Below are positions 1 through 10,270 of a stretch of 64,000 bases of DNA, in pieces. The notes under the pieces were generated by a model. That model was not told the DNA's origin. It was given only the letters and a program-made list of their open reading frames with translations, and ran no database searches. The stretch is from a bacterium (GTDB taxonomy: Bacteria; UBA8248; JACPRG01; G963555815): the NCBI GenBank assembly GCA_965218795.1, contig OZ244653.1, forward strand, positions 4,480,001 through 4,544,000, read 5' to 3'. The position numbers and the translations under genes are program-made. The first letter of the stretch is position 1; every line of letters starts with the position of its first letter.

Positions 1-520
1 ATACTTCAAGACTCCGCCCCCGAGGACCACGGTCGGCACGACGGGTCTCCTGGTGAAGGACACGCTGGTCGAGATCGACCTCATCGCCTACGTCCCCAGG
101 AAGGGGCTCAACGCCAAGGCGGTCAAGTCCAGTGCGCCGCAGCCGCTGGCGAATTACACCGAGGCAACGCGCGTTGGTGATCTTGTTTTCGCCGCCGGTC
201 AGCTCGCCAGTGATTTCAAGACGGGGGTCCCGCCGAAAGCCAGAACGGATTCCGCTTTCCCGTATTACGGCTCGGACATCAAACGGCAGGCCCACTACAT
301 CCTGAAGAACCTGAAAAAAACGTTCGAGGCGGCCGGCAGTTCCTTGGGCCACGTTCTCAAGGCTCAGGTCTTCATGATGGATCTCAACGACTTCAACGCG
401 TTCGACGAGGTCTGGAAGGAGTATTTCAAGACCCCGCCCGCGAGGACGACGGTGGGGACGACGGGGCTCCTCGTCAAGGACACGATGGTCGAGATCGATC
501 TCATCGGCGTCGCGAAATAG
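1..520 (+). CDS. RidA/YjgF family protein with tandem domains (5' end outside window)
   Basis: RidA motifs 'LVFAAGQLA' and 'PPARTTVG...VEIDLI'. Bases 2-91 read in frame as YFKTPPPRTTVGTTGLLVKDTLVEIDLIAY, a near copy of the C-terminus, so there is a preceding RidA domain. Confidence 0.9.
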   Translation, partial: YFKTPPPRTTVGTTGLLVKDTLVEIDLIAYVPRKGLNAKAVKSSAPQPLANYTEATRVGDLVFAAGQLASDFKTGVPPKARTDSAFPYYGSDIKRQAHYILKNLKKTFEAAGSSLGHVLKAQVFMMDLNDFNAFDEVWKEYFKTPPARTTVGTTGLLVKDTMVEIDLIGVAK

Positions 521-774
521 GGCGGCTCCGGAGACGGGGAAAAGACCCTTCGGGAAAAGCGAGGGGGCCAATCCGGCAATGCCTGCGCGTGGAGCCGCTT
601 GCCAGCCCGGCTCAAGGCGCTGTTGTACGCCGGGTGGCGGGGGGAGGCGACTCGTCAGCTTTTCTCCATGCAGCGCGCCTCGCTCCGAGGGGATGAGGCC
701 CTCGGGTTGACCGCGTCCGCCTGGTTTTCCGTTCCCATGTCTCACTCACAGCCTCTGACAACCGAGAGGACTCT

Positions 775-3081
775 ATGAGCGAATATGCCGTTGTGGGAAA
801 GGGAGTTCCCCGCATCGACGGCATGACCAAAGCCACAGGGGAATCCGTGTACGCTGCCGACCTCTGGAGGCCGGGATGTCTTTGCGGGTGTATTCTTCGA
901 AGCCCATACCCTCATGCCCGGATACGGCACATGGATACGGCAAGGGCCGAATCCGTCCAAGGGGTCCGGGGGGTGTTCACGGCCCGAAACTCGCCCAACG
1001 GTCCATACGGGTTGTGGATTCTCGATGAGACCCTGTTCGCCGTGGAGAAGGTCCGCTACGTCGGGGACGAGGTGGCGGCGGTCGCCGCCACCGACGAAGA
1101 CGCCGCTCGTGAAGCCTTGGAGCTCATCGAAGTCGACTACGAAGAGCTGCCGGCCGTCTTCGATCCGGAGGAGGCGCTCCAGCCGGATGCGCCCTTGGTC
1201 CACGAAGACTTTGCCCAGCACCAAGTGAATTTTGAGATTGAGGGCCGGGAAGGAAATCGGGTCTGTCGGCTGGGCTATGACTACGGGGACCCGGAAGCGG
1301 GCTGGGCGCTGGCGGATGAAGTGATCGAGAACCGGTTCCGGACGCATGCGCACCACCCGACCTATCTGGAGACCCATGGGGCGCTCGCGGAGGTCGATTC
1401 AGGCGGGAACGTGACCGTCCATCTGACGACGCAGTCGGTTTACGTCTCTCAGGAGCTGATCGCCGCCATCCTGGGAATTCCCCTGTCGAAGGTTCGTGTG
1501 GTTGGTACGACGGTGGGAGGAGGCTTCGGAGGCAAGAAGCCGCGGATTGAGCACTACGCGGCGGTCATGGCCTATGAGCTCCGCAAGCCCGTCCGTATCG
1601 TCCTTTCCCGCGAGGAGGACTTGGCCTGTACGTTCAGGCGTCATCCGAGTGCAGCCCATGTCAGGAGCGGTGTTCAACGGGACGGGACGGTCACGGCCTG
1701 GGACCTGGGAATGGTGATGGACACAGGGGCCTACACCGATCACGGCCCGTCCATCGCCGGTCTTTGCGCGTTTCACTGTCGCGGACCCTACCGGATCCCC
1801 AACGTCAAAATTGATGTGAGCGTCGTCTACACGAACCAATCCATCAGCGGGGCCTTTCGCGGTTACGGGAATCCGCAGGCCGCATTCGCCGTGGAATGCC
1901 AGATGGATGCCATTGCCCGAAAGTTGGACATGGACCCGATCGAGTTGAGACAAAGGAATGCGATGGGACCGGGCGATCCCATGATCAACGGCCAATGCTA
2001 TCCGGATGTACGCCTGCGGGAGACGCTGGAGCAGGCGGCATCCGCCTTCGGATGGGAACCGGCCGGACCCGGCTCAAAGCCATCCCGTCGGGGTGGACGA
2101 AAGAGGGGGATCGGCGTCGCCTGCGGCTCTCAACCGACGGGAGGGATGGGCTCCTCAGCAGTGATCAAGATGATGGCCGACGGGACGATACAGGTTTTGA
2201 CCGGCATCATCGAGATCGGGGCCGGTGAGTACACGGTGGCCGCCCAGATCGCCGCCGAGACTCTCGGCATTCCCTACGAGAAGGTTCGGGTCATCGGAGC
2301 CGATACCGACAAGACGCCCTTTGACTTCTACACGGCCGCCAGCCGGGCGACGTTGAACCTCGGGAACTCCGTACGCCGGGCGGCCGAGGACGTCCGCAGC
2401 GAGCTGCTCCAGCGGGCCGCGGAGATGATCGAGGCCAGTCCGGACGATCTCAGAATGGAAAGCGAGCGGGTCTTCATCTCCGGTGCACCGGAGCGAAGCC
2501 TCTCCTACGCGGACGTGGCCAGAGCGGCGAACCTGTTCCGCGACGGCCCGATCGTTGGTAAGGGTTCGTACGCGGTGGATGTTCCGCCCATTCTCCCGGG
2601 CTTCCGTCAAGAGGGGGCCCCGCCCGAGGATTTCGCTACCCATGCCTACGCCACGCACATTGCCGAAGTCGAGGTGGACGAGGAAACCGGCGAGGTAGAG
2701 GTCCTTCGGCTCGTTTGCTCGCATGACATCGGCCAAGCCATCAACCGAAGCGGCCTGGAGGGGCAGATCGAAGGGGGGATCACCCAGGGATTCGGCTACG
2801 CCCTCGTTGAGGAGATGGTCTTTGAGGGCGGCGTCCTGGCGAACGGAACCATGGTGGATTACAAGATCCCCAACATTCTGGACGCCCCGCCCCTCGAATA
2901 CCACTTCATCGAAGAGGGGGATCCGGCCGGTCCTTACGGCGCCAAAGGCGTGGGAGAAGCCGTGCTGGTCCCCACGGCCCCCGCGATTGCCAATGCCGTG
3001 TACGATGCCATCGGCGCACGCGTGACCGGCCTTCCCCTCACGGCCGAAAAAGTCTTACGTGCTGTGGATGAAGGTCGGTAA
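775..3081 (+). CDS. xanthine dehydrogenase/CoxL family molybdopterin-binding subunit
   Basis: 768 aa. Motifs RSPYPHA, GGGFGGK, AFRGYGNPQ, EGQIEGG and GAKGVGE. RBS gagga upstream. Confidence 0.95.
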   Translation: MSEYAVVGKGVPRIDGMTKATGESVYAADLWRPGCLCGCILRSPYPHARIRHMDTARAESVQGVRGVFTARNSPNGPYGLWILDETLFAVEKVRYVGDEVAAVAATDEDAAREALELIEVDYEELPAVFDPEEALQPDAPLVHEDFAQHQVNFEIEGREGNRVCRLGYDYGDPEAGWALADEVIENRFRTHAHHPTYLETHGALAEVDSGGNVTVHLTTQSVYVSQELIAAILGIPLSKVRVVGTTVGGGFGGKKPRIEHYAAVMAYELRKPVRIVLSREEDLACTFRRHPSAAHVRSGVQRDGTVTAWDLGMVMDTGAYTDHGPSIAGLCAFHCRGPYRIPNVKIDVSVVYTNQSISGAFRGYGNPQAAFAVECQMDAIARKLDMDPIELRQRNAMGPGDPMINGQCYPDVRLRETLEQAASAFGWEPAGPGSKPSRRGGRKRGIGVACGSQPTGGMGSSAVIKMMADGTIQVLTGIIEIGAGEYTVAAQIAAETLGIPYEKVRVIGADTDKTPFDFYTAASRATLNLGNSVRRAAEDVRSELLQRAAEMIEASPDDLRMESERVFISGAPERSLSYADVARAANLFRDGPIVGKGSYAVDVPPILPGFRQEGAPPEDFATHAYATHIAEVEVDEETGEVEVLRLVCSHDIGQAINRSGLEGQIEGGITQGFGYALVEEMVFEGGVLANGTMVDYKIPNILDAPPLEYHFIEEGDPAGPYGAKGVGEAVLVPTAPAIANAVYDAIGARVTGLPLTAEKVLRAVDEGR

Positions 3082-3239
3082 TCCGGATTCCGTGCGTTCT
3101 GCCGAAGCGCCGGCCAGGATCCTCTCGGTCACAGTCTGTTGAATGAATTCCCCTGGTGAGGGTCGGAAGAGGCCATCCTGACGCGGCTTCCCGCGTTCAG
3201 CATCGCTATGGATCGACGACTCTGAAAAAGGAGGAACCC

Positions 3240-4268
3240 ATGAAAGTCAAAGTAGCTGCGGTCCAGGCCCTCTCCTATTACGGAGAGGAGGAATACAAGA
3301 ATGTGGATCTCGCGGTGACCTCGATTCGAGAGGCGGCCGACCGGGGGGTGGACCTGATCGTTCTCCCCGAGGGATATCCCGGCCCGAATAACGGTCCGAT
3401 GGACAGCGGCGGGAAGCTTTCCGCCCGGCCCATCGAGACGATGCAGGAGATGGCCAAAGAGACGGGAATTCACCTTCTGGCGGGCGAGCTGGAGACGAAT
3501 CCGGAAATTGAAGATACCTACTACCTGACGTTGAAGCTCATCTCGCCCCAGGGGGAGATTCTGATCAACTATGCCCGGCTGCAGCCCGATCACATGTATC
3601 TTAACGCCTACCTGATGGGCGGGCGGAAGCACATCCTCCCCGGCTCTACCCGAAAGGGGATCCCCAAGCGCGAACTCCACGGCGTCGTGGACACCCCCCT
3701 GGGAACGCTGGGAATTCAAATCTGCTCGGAAATTTTCACCGTGGAATTGGCGCGCATCCAGATGCTCTTCGGGGCGCGGATCATCCTGGATCCCATGAAC
3801 GGCTGGCCCGGCGGCCTCACCCGGGTGAGGGCCATGGATACCTGGCACTGCATTGTCCGGGCCCGCGCAGCGGAGAACATCGTGTTCGTCGTCATGCCGG
3901 ACGTCATCTATGAACGGAAGGAGATCGACTTTCATCCCGCAGATCAGGAAGCCTTCGGGATGATCGCCGGACCGGAGGGAGTGCTTGCCCAAAGAACCGA
4001 CGTCGGGATCATGTACGCCGAGCTGGACATGGACCGGCTCAACTGGCTCCGGACCCGGTACGAATTTGACGATGAAGTCCTCTCGCCGCCTCCTCCGGAT
4101 GGGGATTTCGTCCCCCTGGGCTGCCGCCCCGGTCAGTGCCACGATCGTCTCCCCGAGCTCTACGGCCCGCTGGTGGAGCCGCACGAGGAGGCATTCGATT
4201 ACTTCTACTTCCGCAAGGGGCTGGACGCCTACCTCGATGAATTCGAGCGCGTCAAGAACGCGACTTGA
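3240..4268 (+). CDS. carbon-nitrogen hydrolase (nitrilase superfamily)
   Basis: MKVKVAAVQ start after gagga. Motifs LIVLPE, GIQICSE and RARAAEN. The catalytic Lys position appears to be Arg (NYAR). Confidence 0.85.
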   Translation: MKVKVAAVQALSYYGEEEYKNVDLAVTSIREAADRGVDLIVLPEGYPGPNNGPMDSGGKLSARPIETMQEMAKETGIHLLAGELETNPEIEDTYYLTLKLISPQGEILINYARLQPDHMYLNAYLMGGRKHILPGSTRKGIPKRELHGVVDTPLGTLGIQICSEIFTVELARIQMLFGARIILDPMNGWPGGLTRVRAMDTWHCIVRARAAENIVFVVMPDVIYERKEIDFHPADQEAFGMIAGPEGVLAQRTDVGIMYAELDMDRLNWLRTRYEFDDEVLSPPPPDGDFVPLGCRPGQCHDRLPELYGPLVEPHEEAFDYFYFRKGLDAYLDEFERVKNAT

Positions 4269-4514
4269 GTTTCCGGGGCGTTCTTGATGGCGGGCAATGG
4301 ATGGATGAGGCCGCGGACGTCTGACCCGGAACCGGATTCCGCCGGGGACGGAATTCAGAGATACGGCCTGGTGATACCTCTCACACACGATTCACCGGAC
4401 CGCCTTGATGCCGCGGCGTTCTACGTTGACAAGACGCGGTCGAACACCTGGGTTCCGGCTCCTCCGGAAACCCTTGACCCGCCGGCTTGCGAGTGACTCG
4501 GCCCGGGTCGGCTC

Positions 4515-5184
4515 TCACGCGGGCTGGAACCGGGCCGGCTCCTGGATCCCGCGCCGCGCGTACCACTCGGCGACGAGATCGTCCGAGTCGACCACCACGC
4601 CAGCGTGCAGCGAGATCAGGAAAAGCGCGGCTTCCTCCGCTTCCTGTGAATAGCCGGCCGTGACATCCTGGGGCACCACGACTCGGAACATGCGATTCGC
4701 CGCATCGAACGCGGAGCACAGGTCGCAGCAGTCCGTATACGCGCCGATGATGACGACGTTCTTCTTGTCCAGGTTTCGGAGGAGGTATTCCAGGTCGGTC
4801 GGATAAAAGGCGCTGAGACGTTTTTTCGTCCGCACATAATAGTCGCTGGGCTCGGTTTCAACCATCAGATCGAGCCATTGGGTACCTTCCAAGCTGTGAT
4901 TTTTCTGATTCTCGTTAGGCCCGATGTAGGCCTCATAGAGAAAGCGCCAGTTGGACGGACTGATTCCGTTGACGTCATCGATCCCGTCGGCCCGGAGCCA
5001 GAGCTGGACGTGGATGACCGGTACGCCGCACCGCCGGGCAGGTCACGTCGGCCTCATCGCCCAAGTGTCCACGGTGCATGTCGATGCTGATGATGGCGCT
5101 CTGGGCGGGGTCCATCCATTCGGAAAAAACCTTCGGCATATCCCGCTTTTTCTTTAAGAAGTAGCACTGCATCGGCGTCATCAC
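4515..5184 (-). pseudogene. cysteine hydrolase (isochorismatase family), internal deletion and frameshift near 5030
   Basis: N-part 'SAIISIDMHRGHL..TCPA' is in one frame. 'GVPVIHVQ...KKRLSAFYPTDL...GAYTDCC' is in another. The helix normally between them is absent. Confidence 0.8.
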
Positions 5185-5684
5185 GGCGTCGGTTCCTCCT
5201 TCGTCGATGAGTTGGCATCCAAGAGCGCCTTGGCTGAAACCGGAGTTGCCATCCAGAGCTTCGGCAGCATGCGCACGCTTGATGAGCGTCTTCTTCGCTA
5301 TGGAGGGCCGCCCCGATTCCAGACGGAAAGGCGATTCGGATTTGAGATTTCCTCAAAGTATCACATGCCCAATGGAAATCCAAAGTCGGGCGCCTGCGAT
5401 GACCTCTCAGGCGGACCGTCGCCTCCGGTCAAAGCAGGATGATCCGCAGCGATGTCAGGCTCTTCTGGTTACGATAAAGGGAATGGCGGTCGGCCCCAGA
5501 ATGACGGGGTGAGCGTAGGAGGGTCGCTTATGACGGTCCTTCGTATCCAATCCAATCGGAAGTCCCGCACCGTCACGAGCGATATACGGAGTCGTGAAAA
5601 ATCATATCATGACACGGTTTCTCAGTATTCATTACGATGAGGAAAATCCCTCAGAGAGATCTTCAGTCACTTGGTATATAAGTG

Positions 5685-5713
5685 TTGACTGGCCAAGTGG
5701 ATGAGGTTGTAAT
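5685..5713 (+). promoter_or_regulatory. putative sigma70 promoter for the Rieske/SBP/amidohydrolase genes
   Basis: TTGACT-17 bp-TGTAAT in an AT-rich intergenic region, overlapped by an imperfect inverted repeat (5664-5699). Confidence 0.5.
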
Positions 5714-5842
5714 GATTTCCAATTGCTATCGTGGGCAGGAAGGCTGTGCGATGGGAACCGACTCCGGCAGATTTTGCGGGGGGCGCCGAATCCGTAGTAT
5801 ATTCATTGAATTCGAAGCGACAACATCCGGGAGGATTTTCCG

Positions 5843-6208
5843 TTGTCGGAAATTTACGTAGGACACGAATCGGAGTTCGAGGAGGGCGGGCGCAAGGTCA
5901 TCTCCGACAACGGTCTGGTGATCGGTGTATTCCGGGTCAACGGGCGGTTTTTCGCCTATGAGAACGAGTGCGCCCACATGGGGGGGCCGGTCTGCCAGGG
6001 CGGCATCTTCCAGCGGGTGGAGCAGAACCTGGCGCCCGACCGGACCATCATCGGATATCAGTTCTCGGAAGACCACTGCCACATTGTGTGTCCGTGGCAC
6101 GGGTACGAGTACGACCTGGAGAGCGGGGCCTTCCCGGCCAACCCGAAGGTGCGCCTCCGGAAGTTCGAGGTCGAGCTGCGCGACGGCGAAGTTTACGTCG
6201 TCGTCTGA
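5843..6208 (+). CDS. Rieske (2Fe-2S) ferredoxin
   Basis: Motifs CAHMGGP and CPWHGYEY. RBS ggagga. Confidence 0.92.
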   Translation: MSEIYVGHESEFEEGGRKVISDNGLVIGVFRVNGRFFAYENECAHMGGPVCQGGIFQRVEQNLAPDRTIIGYQFSEDHCHIVCPWHGYEYDLESGAFPANPKVRLRKFEVELRDGEVYVVV

Positions 6209-6399
6209 TACTGCACCGTCATTGACAGCCTGGATGAGCGGTCCGGAGCGAGGGAGAGGAGGTCCAAGCCGGCAAGCAATCATGCCAGGCGCGTTTTGAA
6301 GTCCACGGGAAGCCTGATGGAAGCGCAGGTGACCCGCACGTCGGTCACTGGAGGGACGGGGGCGGCCGGGCCCCCGCATCGAAAGGAGGGGAAAGAACG

Positions 6400-7419
6400 A
6401 TGAAGACGAGAAAGCGAAGGGTGACTCGGATTTTCGGGCGGGTTCTCGGCACGATGGTCGGGGCGGTCTTTCTGGCGGTCGGCCTGGGAGGTTCGGTCCA
6501 GGCGGCGGAGAAGGTCGGTTTCCAGAACTATTGGGTCGTTACGCCCAATGTGGGTCCGTACTTCACTGCACTGGAGCACGGCTACTACAAAGCGGAGGGT
6601 CTGGACGTCGATTTCCCCGTGGGCAAGGGGTCGGCGCACGCCATCCAGATGGTCGGGGCCGGAAAGATGGACATCGGTATTTCCGACTTCGGGGCGATGT
6701 CCCTGGCCATCTCCCGGGGAGTCCGGATCAAGGGTTTCTTCTGCTACCTTCAGAGAAGCCCGCTGGGGGTCATCACCCAGACGAAAGCCAACATCCGATC
6801 GCCGAAGGACCTGGAGGGGACGCGTCTGGCTTTCGCGCCGGCGGACAGCGGATGGCTCCTCTTCCCCGTCTTCGCCAGCATCAACGGCGTGAACATGAAG
6901 AAGATCACCCTGGTCAGCGCGCAGCCGTCGGCCCGCGACAAGCTCCTGCTCACCAACGAAGTGGATGCCTCGGTCTCCTATCCCGCCACAGGTGTTCCCC
7001 TGCTGCGCGCCCAGGGCGGGGATGTCGCCTCGATGCGCTACGCCGACTACAATGTGAACGCCCTCGGCGCCGGGCTTATGGCGACTGAGAAAACGCTCAA
7101 GGAGAGGGCGGGGATGATCCGCAAGTTCGTCCGGGCCTCCACAAGAGGGTTCAAGCAGTCCATGGCGAATCCGGAGGAGACGGTGACGATCCTCACGAAA
7201 CGGGCCCCCCTTACGATTAAGAATCGCGATACCGCCATGCAGATCCTGATGTCGGGACTGGGCGACCTGCATACGAAGCGGTCGAAAGGAAAGTCCATCG
7301 GCTGGATGGCGAAGGAGGACTGGAAGGATACCTTGGCCCTTCTGTCGAAGGTCGGCAAGCTCAAGAAGGTGCTCCCCGTGAACAGCTATTTCACCAACGA
7401 CTTCATCGCGATGAAATAG
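6400..7419 (+). CDS. ABC transporter substrate-binding protein, NMT1/THI5/SsuA family
   Basis: Signal peptide ending in VQA. Motifs 'ALEHGYYKAEGLDV' and 'IRSPKDLEG'. Confidence 0.88.
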   Translation: MKTRKRRVTRIFGRVLGTMVGAVFLAVGLGGSVQAAEKVGFQNYWVVTPNVGPYFTALEHGYYKAEGLDVDFPVGKGSAHAIQMVGAGKMDIGISDFGAMSLAISRGVRIKGFFCYLQRSPLGVITQTKANIRSPKDLEGTRLAFAPADSGWLLFPVFASINGVNMKKITLVSAQPSARDKLLLTNEVDASVSYPATGVPLLRAQGGDVASMRYADYNVNALGAGLMATEKTLKERAGMIRKFVRASTRGFKQSMANPEETVTILTKRAPLTIKNRDTAMQILMSGLGDLHTKRSKGKSIGWMAKEDWKDTLALLSKVGKLKKVLPVNSYFTNDFIAMK

Positions 7420-7543
7420 CCGGGGGCGACTGAATTCGGGTGTGTTGCAGGTGAGTCTCAGCTGAAAAGGGAGGGGCTTGTGCGCCCCGGCGGGCGGGGG
7501 AGCAGGCTCTCTCTTGTCGGCCCGGCGCAGGGGAGAGGAGGTC

Positions 7544-8755
7544 ATGGCCCAAAAGGTGGAAGGGGTGGAACAGATCCCGATCCAACGAATCGATACATAC
7601 ACCGATACCCGCGACATCCTGGCCCACGCTCGGCGGCAGGCCGAGGAGCGGAGATATCAAGACTACGTGCTCTTCGACGTGGACTCCCACTACGTGGAGT
7701 CGGTTCACTGGGAGGAGGTCTGCCAGTACATCGAAGACCCGGTCATTCGCGCCCAGTCCCTGGCGGACCAGAAGGCCCAGCCCTACGGGCTCATCGGCGA
7801 CCGGGGCCTGACCTACCAGGACTTGGGCGGCCGCATCCCCCACGACACGGCCCGGCGCGAGGGCGTCGACGACGGGAGCGGCGACCACTCCGACGTGGTC
7901 CTGACCCGGCGCGCCATGGAGAGCATCGGCCTGGACTATATGGTCATGTTCCCGACCCCCATGCTGAGCCTGGGGACCCACCCCCAGCTCCACATGGAGG
8001 TCCAGCTGGGAAAGGCCCACAACCGGTGGCTGGTGGAGCACGTCCTCAAGGCCGACCCTCGCATCAAGTCCATGGTCTACCTCCCCATCAGTGACCCGGC
8101 GGCCTCCCTGGAGATCATCGACGAGTTTGCCGAAGAGCCCGGGGTGATCGGGTTCATGGTCACCAGCGTTCGGAACAAGCCCATCCAGGAGAACCGGTTC
8201 ATGCCGGTGTACGCCGCGCTGGAGGAACGGGGGATCCCCCTGGCGTTCCACGGCGGTTACTACTGGCACGAGCCCACCATGGCCCTGTTCAACCAGTTCG
8301 TGGGGCTGCACTGCGTGGCGTTCGTGCTGTGGAACCTGGTGCACATGGTCAACTGGGTCCTGAACGCTCTGCCGGAGCGCTTCCCGAAGCTGAAGTTGAT
8401 CTGGATCGAGAGTGGCCTGGCCTGGATCCCCTTCATCATGCAGCGGCTGGACAGCGAGTACATGTTCCGCTCCTCCGAGGCGCCGGGCTTGAAGAAGCTG
8501 CCCAGCGAGTACATCCGCGAGATGTATTTCAGCTCCCAGCCCATGGAGCGCCAGAACATGAAGGCCCTGGAGTTCAATCTGGACATGATCAACGCAGAGA
8601 CCCAGCTCCTGTACGCCTCGGACTGGCCCCACCAGGACTTCGACCTCCCCAGCTCGATCTTCGACTTGCCGTTCCTGTCCGATCAGGCCAAGCGGAACAT
8701 TCTCGGAGAGACTGCCCTGAGGCTGTTTCATCTGGAAAGGCCGGAGGGAAAATGA
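7544..8755 (+). CDS. amidohydrolase-2 fold protein (possible dinuclear oxygenase subunit, PtmU3/AibH-like)
   Basis: Motifs DVDSH, LAFHGG, WIESGLAW, SSQPME and ASDWPHQDFD. RBS gaggagg before ATG 7544. Confidence 0.85.
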   Translation: MAQKVEGVEQIPIQRIDTYTDTRDILAHARRQAEERRYQDYVLFDVDSHYVESVHWEEVCQYIEDPVIRAQSLADQKAQPYGLIGDRGLTYQDLGGRIPHDTARREGVDDGSGDHSDVVLTRRAMESIGLDYMVMFPTPMLSLGTHPQLHMEVQLGKAHNRWLVEHVLKADPRIKSMVYLPISDPAASLEIIDEFAEEPGVIGFMVTSVRNKPIQENRFMPVYAALEERGIPLAFHGGYYWHEPTMALFNQFVGLHCVAFVLWNLVHMVNWVLNALPERFPKLKLIWIESGLAWIPFIMQRLDSEYMFRSSEAPGLKKLPSEYIREMYFSSQPMERQNMKALEFNLDMINAETQLLYASDWPHQDFDLPSSIFDLPFLSDQAKRNILGETALRLFHLERPEGK

Positions 8756-9040
8756 ATCGATACCGTTTTGCCGATTCGAGCCTCTGCCCCGGTCGTGGAG
8801 AGGCGCTGGGAAGAATATGAAAGTCTGAGAGTCTGGTTATCCGCTGTGTTCCAATGATCGCGCCGCCCGCGTGGATGTTCATTCCCTCGGGGCTTATTCT
8901 GATTCCTTGAATCCGGCCAACATCTCAGCATAGCGCCATCGGGTTCGAAGGCAGGCTGATGACTGGCGGATCCGGCGGAGAACTGCGGCAAGCGGGCGAT
9001 GGAGGATGGCCCAATCGAGATTTGGAAGGGCGGATTTCCG

Positions 9041-10270
9041 TTAAAGAAAAAGCTCTTTGGCGACGGAATTCTTCGCGACCATCCGTCCTTTTTTGAAGAC
9101 CCACAGCCGGGTCGGCTGGGCAACGATGGCATCCTCGAAACGATGGACATCCAAAACGACCAGATCCGCCTCGTTCCCCACCCGGACGCCGTAAGAGTCG
9201 TTGTGATAAAAGATCCGGCCGGCGACTTCTGTTCCCATGTCCAGAACCGTTTTGAGTTCATCGTGGGTTCCCATGTAGGCGCCGTGGGCGAAGATCAAGC
9301 CGACCTCCAGCATGTCGGCGTTGCCGAAGGGTGTGAACCCGTCCCGGATATTGTCTGAGGCGTAGGCGACCGGAACCCCTTCGGCAAGCAGCTCCTTCAC
9401 ACGCGTAATTCCTCTCCGCGGACGATGGTCATCCGCCCGGCCCTGAATGTGAAGGTTTGTGGAGGGCAGAGTGATCACGCTCAAGCCGGCCTCCCGCATG
9501 AGCGCGATCACTTCGCGGGCTTCCGCAGGCGGTAGGGAGGACAGGGCGCACAGGTGATCGACTGTGACCCGTCCTTCGTAGCCTTCCTGGATCGTCTTTT
9601 TCGCCACATATCGGATTGCGAGAGGCTCCGGGTCGTCCTTTTCGTCCACGTGAAGGTCGAGGCGCTTGTCGTATTCCCGAGCGAGATGAAACAGGAGATC
9701 GACGATCTTCTCATCGCCCGGAAGCGGAAAACCTCCGATAAGGTCGGAAAGCTCTATGGCTTTTCGGAATAGCTTCAAGAACTCGGGAGAGGAAACCGGA
9801 TCACCGTGCGGAAGGACGGCTAATTGAAGCGTCACCGAGTCCTTGAGCTCCTCCCGGAGGGCGGAAAGAGCCTCCACACCCTTCAGGCCAACGGCTGAAT
9901 CAAGGTCGATGTGTGTGCGAAGGCTGGTGCTGCCGTTCGAGACGGCCATTTCGATCTGTTTTCTGGCGCGGCGCTGGATGTCCTCGACGGTAAATCCTTT
10001 CTTGACCTCCATCATGATCTCGAGGCCTTCCTCGAGTGTGCCCGATCGGTTAACCGTCCGGTCGGTGACCATGCCTTTGTCGAGATGCAGGTGCGCGTCC
10101 ACGAACCCCGGGATCACCAACCTCTCTGCGACATCGATCATTTCCGCGTTATCAGGTTCGGCCTCTCCCTCCGATGGCGAGATTTGCGCTATCCGGCCGG
10201 CTTCGATGCGGATATCGACGGGAGCTTCACGCCCTTTCACTCGTGCGCGTCTGAGAAGGAAGTCACTCAT
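9041..10270 (-). CDS. cytosine/creatinine deaminase-like amidohydrolase
   Basis: Motifs PGFVDAHLHLDK, RTHID, DLHVDE, DHLC and SDNIRD. Confidence 0.9.
   Translation of the reverse strand: MSDFLLRRARVKGREAPVDIRIEAGRIAQISPSEGEAEPDNAEMIDVAERLVIPGFVDAHLHLDKGMVTDRTVNRSGTLEEGLEIMMEVKKGFTVEDIQRRARKQIEMAVSNGSTSLRTHIDLDSAVGLKGVEALSALREELKDSVTLQLAVLPHGDPVSSPEFLKLFRKAIELSDLIGGFPLPGDEKIVDLLFHLAREYDKRLDLHVDEKDDPEPLAIRYVAKKTIQEGYEGRVTVDHLCALSSLPPAEAREVIALMREAGLSVITLPSTNLHIQGRADDHRPRRGITRVKELLAEGVPVAYASDNIRDGFTPFGNADMLEVGLIFAHGAYMGTHDELKTVLDMGTEVAGRIFYHNDSYGVRVGNEADLVVLDVHRFEDAIVAQPTRLWVFKKGRMVAKNSVAKELFL

Noticed and set aside
3129-4388. Long antisense ORFs (also 6280-7617, 7403-8731, 27650-28762, 34381-35592, 41636-42727, 52507-53733)
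   Set aside because: They are shadows of well-supported genes on the opposite strand, expected at high GC, and carry no recognisable motifs.
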